Source: an uncultured Thermoleophilia bacterium
GTDB taxonomy: Bacteria; Actinomycetota; Thermoleophilia; UBA2241
DNA length: 64,000 bases
Assembly: GCA_963798285.1 (NCBI GenBank)
Contig: CAWCSR010000003.1
Coordinates: 1,657,376 to 1,721,375 of the forward strand
Direction: 5' to 3'
Position numbers and translations under genes: made by a program. The first letter of the stretch is position 1. Each line of letters begins with the position of its first letter. Below, piece after piece: positions 62,254 through 64,000 of this stretch. The notes beneath the pieces are model-generated. The model saw only the letters and a program-made list of their open reading frames with translations, made no database searches and was not told the DNA's origin.

Positions 62254-62311
62254 ACTGCGTTGCCGCGCAACCGACGAGCGCCGTTTCGCCCCGGGAGGTC
62301 ACCGCGCCACC

Positions 62312-63226
62312 ATGCGCACATCGCTTGACTGCCTAGCCTGCCTCATCCGCCAGACCGTCGAGGCTTCCCGCTTCGCCTCTGCCGACCCCGCCCTGCACGA
62401 GCGTGTGCTGCGGGACGTGCTCCGCATGGCCTCCGAACTCGACCTGCGCCGGACGCCCCCGCAGCTCACCCAGCAGGTGCAGCGCCGCATCCGCCGGCTG
62501 ACCGGCGATGACGACCCCTACCGTGAGCTCAAGCAGCGCGCCAACGAGGTCGCGCTCGCCGCGTTGCCTGCGCTCGCCGCCGCAGTCCGATCCGCCCCCG
62601 ACCCCCTGTCGGCGGCCCTCCGGTCGGCGATCGCCGGAAACACGATCGACGTCGGCGCCAATGGCCCCGACAGCGTCGAGCGGATGGAGCAGGAACTCAG
62701 CGTCGCCTGCGAGCGGCCCTTTCACGGCGACGTCGACGAGTTCCGGCGAGCCGTTGGGTCCGCCGGGAGCATCCTGTTCCTCACGGACAACACCGGGGAG
62801 ATCGTCATCGACCGGTTACTCGCCGAGCACCTGCCGCTGGAGCGGACAACCTTCGCCGTGCGCGGAGCGCCGGTGCTCAACGACGCCACCCGCGCGGACG
62901 CGAGGTTCGCCGGCCTCGACCGCCTCGCCGAAGTCATCGACAACGGCTCAGACGCGCCTGGCACGATCCTCTCGGACTGCTCCCCGGAGTTTCGCCGTCG
63001 CTTCGCTGCGGCCGACCTGATCGTCGCCAAGGGTCAGGGCAACTACGAGACGCTCAGTGAGGAGCCGCACGACATCTTCTTCCTCTTCGCCGTCAAATGC
63101 GACGTCGCCGCGCGGCACGTCGGCCTCCAGCGCGGCACCCAGGTCCTGGTGCGCTCCGCGGCCGGGACCGCGGCGGCCGCGGCGGCAGCGCCGCCGGGCA
63201 CCGTCGCGGCAGGAGCCAGGAGATGA
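62312..63226 (+). CDS. DUF89 / ARMT1-like damage-control phosphatase family protein
   Basis: MRTSLDCLACLIRQ...DDDPYRELKQRANE...IAGNTIDVG...LFLTDNTGEIVIDRLL...VAKGQGNYETL...FFLFAVKC. Confidence 0.8.
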   Translation: MRTSLDCLACLIRQTVEASRFASADPALHERVLRDVLRMASELDLRRTPPQLTQQVQRRIRRLTGDDDPYRELKQRANEVALAALPALAAAVRSAPDPLSAALRSAIAGNTIDVGANGPDSVERMEQELSVACERPFHGDVDEFRRAVGSAGSILFLTDNTGEIVIDRLLAEHLPLERTTFAVRGAPVLNDATRADARFAGLDRLAEVIDNGSDAPGTILSDCSPEFRRRFAAADLIVAKGQGNYETLSEEPHDIFFLFAVKCDVAARHVGLQRGTQVLVRSAAGTAAAAAAAPPGTVAAGARR

Positions 63227-63319
63227 CCGGAACGAGATCTTCGAGACGCCGGGAGGCGTGCATTCAGCCTCGTCCGGCCGTGCGCGTGACCGGCTCAGCA
63301 GCCCAGAGGAGGAGATGAC

Positions 63320-63742
63320 ATGGCAGGCGACGGTGAACCTGGTTTCTCGGCGGTCGCTCGCGACCACGCGAGGTATCCGCGGCATCTCGGCCCCCCGCAA
63401 GGCTGGGACGGACGAGCGCGCATCACCGGACCCTGCGGCGACACCATGGAATTCTGGGTCGCCGTCGAGGACGGCTGCGTGGAACGTGTCTGGTTCGCCA
63501 CCGACGGCTGCGGGTCCTCGCTGGCGTGCGGAAGCATGGCGACGACACTGTGCCGGGGTCGACAGGTCCACAAAGCGATGGAGATCGCGCAGGCAGACAT
63601 CCTCCGGGCGCTTGGTGGCATTCCGGCCGGATCAGAGCACTGCGCGCTGCTGGCCGCCGGCACTCTGCGGGCGGCCTGCGAGAACGCCGGCACAGAGACG
63701 GCGCAAGGACCCGCCAACGTCGTGAGAAGAGGAACACCATGA
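63320..63742 (+). CDS. NifU/IscU N-terminal-domain-like Fe-S scaffold protein
   Basis: GPCGDTMEFWVAVEDG.VERVWFATDGCGSSLACGSMATTL..G......A......ILRALGG....SEHCALLAAGTLRAA carries the three scaffold Cys. Confidence 0.78.
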   Translation: MAGDGEPGFSAVARDHARYPRHLGPPQGWDGRARITGPCGDTMEFWVAVEDGCVERVWFATDGCGSSLACGSMATTLCRGRQVHKAMEIAQADILRALGGIPAGSEHCALLAAGTLRAACENAGTETAQGPANVVRRGTP

Positions 63743-64000
63743 CGAAGATCGGCATCATCATCTGCGACCGCTACCACACGTGCGCCGGAGGCAAGTGCCT
63801 GCGGGCACTGCGTCAACGTGAGGGCGCCTTCGCTCGCTATGGAGACGAGGGCGTCGAACTCGTCGGCTACACCACCTGCGGTGGCTGCCCCGGCGGCAAC
63901 GTGGAGTACGCCCCCGCCGAGATGAAGAAGAACGGCGCCGAGGTGATCCACCTGGCCACCGGCCTGGTGGTCGGCTATCCGCCGTGCCCCAGACTGGACG
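63739..64000 (+). CDS. CGGC domain-containing protein (3'-truncated by window end)
   Basis: ATGA overlap with the nifU-like gene. MTKIGIIICDRYHTCAGGKCLRAL...LVGYTTCGGCPGGNVEY...GAEVIHLATGLVVGYPPCP. Confidence 0.78.
   Translation, partial: MTKIGIIICDRYHTCAGGKCLRALRQREGAFARYGDEGVELVGYTTCGGCPGGNVEYAPAEMKKNGAEVIHLATGLVVGYPPCPRLD

Noticed and set aside
1-64000. Search by eye for rRNA, tRNA, tmRNA, transposase, integrase, phage or defence-system genes.
   Set aside because: No intergenic segment shows tRNA-like conserved arms (such as a GTTCGAATC-type T-loop). No ORF shows DDE, tyrosine/serine recombinase, Cas, restriction or toxin-antitoxin signatures. Absence is by inspection only and should be confirmed with tRNAscan, Infernal and HMM tools.

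Overview
GC-rich bacterial chromosomal window (about 70% GC by eye, not computed). It is densely coding with strong GGAGG-type ribosome-binding sites. I found no rRNA, tRNA, CRISPR array, transposase or integrase. Region 0-8.8 kb holds stress and housekeeping genes: msrB, tag, an XpaC-like/TelA pair, TspO and small enzymes. Region 8.8-33 kb is an efflux and regulator-rich stretch with four MFS exporters, one DMT, one ABC-2 exporter, six TetR and two MarR genes, many with palindromic operators. It also carries a ferredoxin::PLP-decarboxylase fusion and a free-standing condensation-domain protein. Region 33.9-36 kb is a patch of decayed gene fragments. Region 37.4-42.6 kb is an ECF sigma/anti-sigma pair flanked by two paralogous secreted SBBP beta-propeller proteins. 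The main item is 43.7-59.3 kb: two convergent, paralogous clusters with the order ArsR, TusA, MvhD-like, short HdrA-like, full-length HdrA, small winged-helix protein, terminal module, DsrE-family protein(s). One cluster ends in soluble HdrC plus an HdrB-like CCG protein, and its short HdrA carries an inserted GltD/NfnB-like NAD(P)H module. The other ends in a QmoC-like HdrC::NarI membrane fusion. No apr, sat, dsr, hydrogenase or lipoate-binding-protein genes are in the window, so the locus does not fit the characterised Mvh-Hdr, Qmo-Apr or sHdr contexts. Region 59.3-64 kb adds TrmO-like, DUF1847, MoaE-like, MBL-fold, DUF89, NifU-like and CGGC genes, linked to the Hdr locus by a shared AT-rich operator-like palindrome. 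Caveat: at least 15 single-base frame disruptions occur, 11 of them in the plus-strand Hdr cluster and nearly all insertion-type. This may be assembly error or real decay. Two tandem duplications sit exactly on start codons of disrupted genes.
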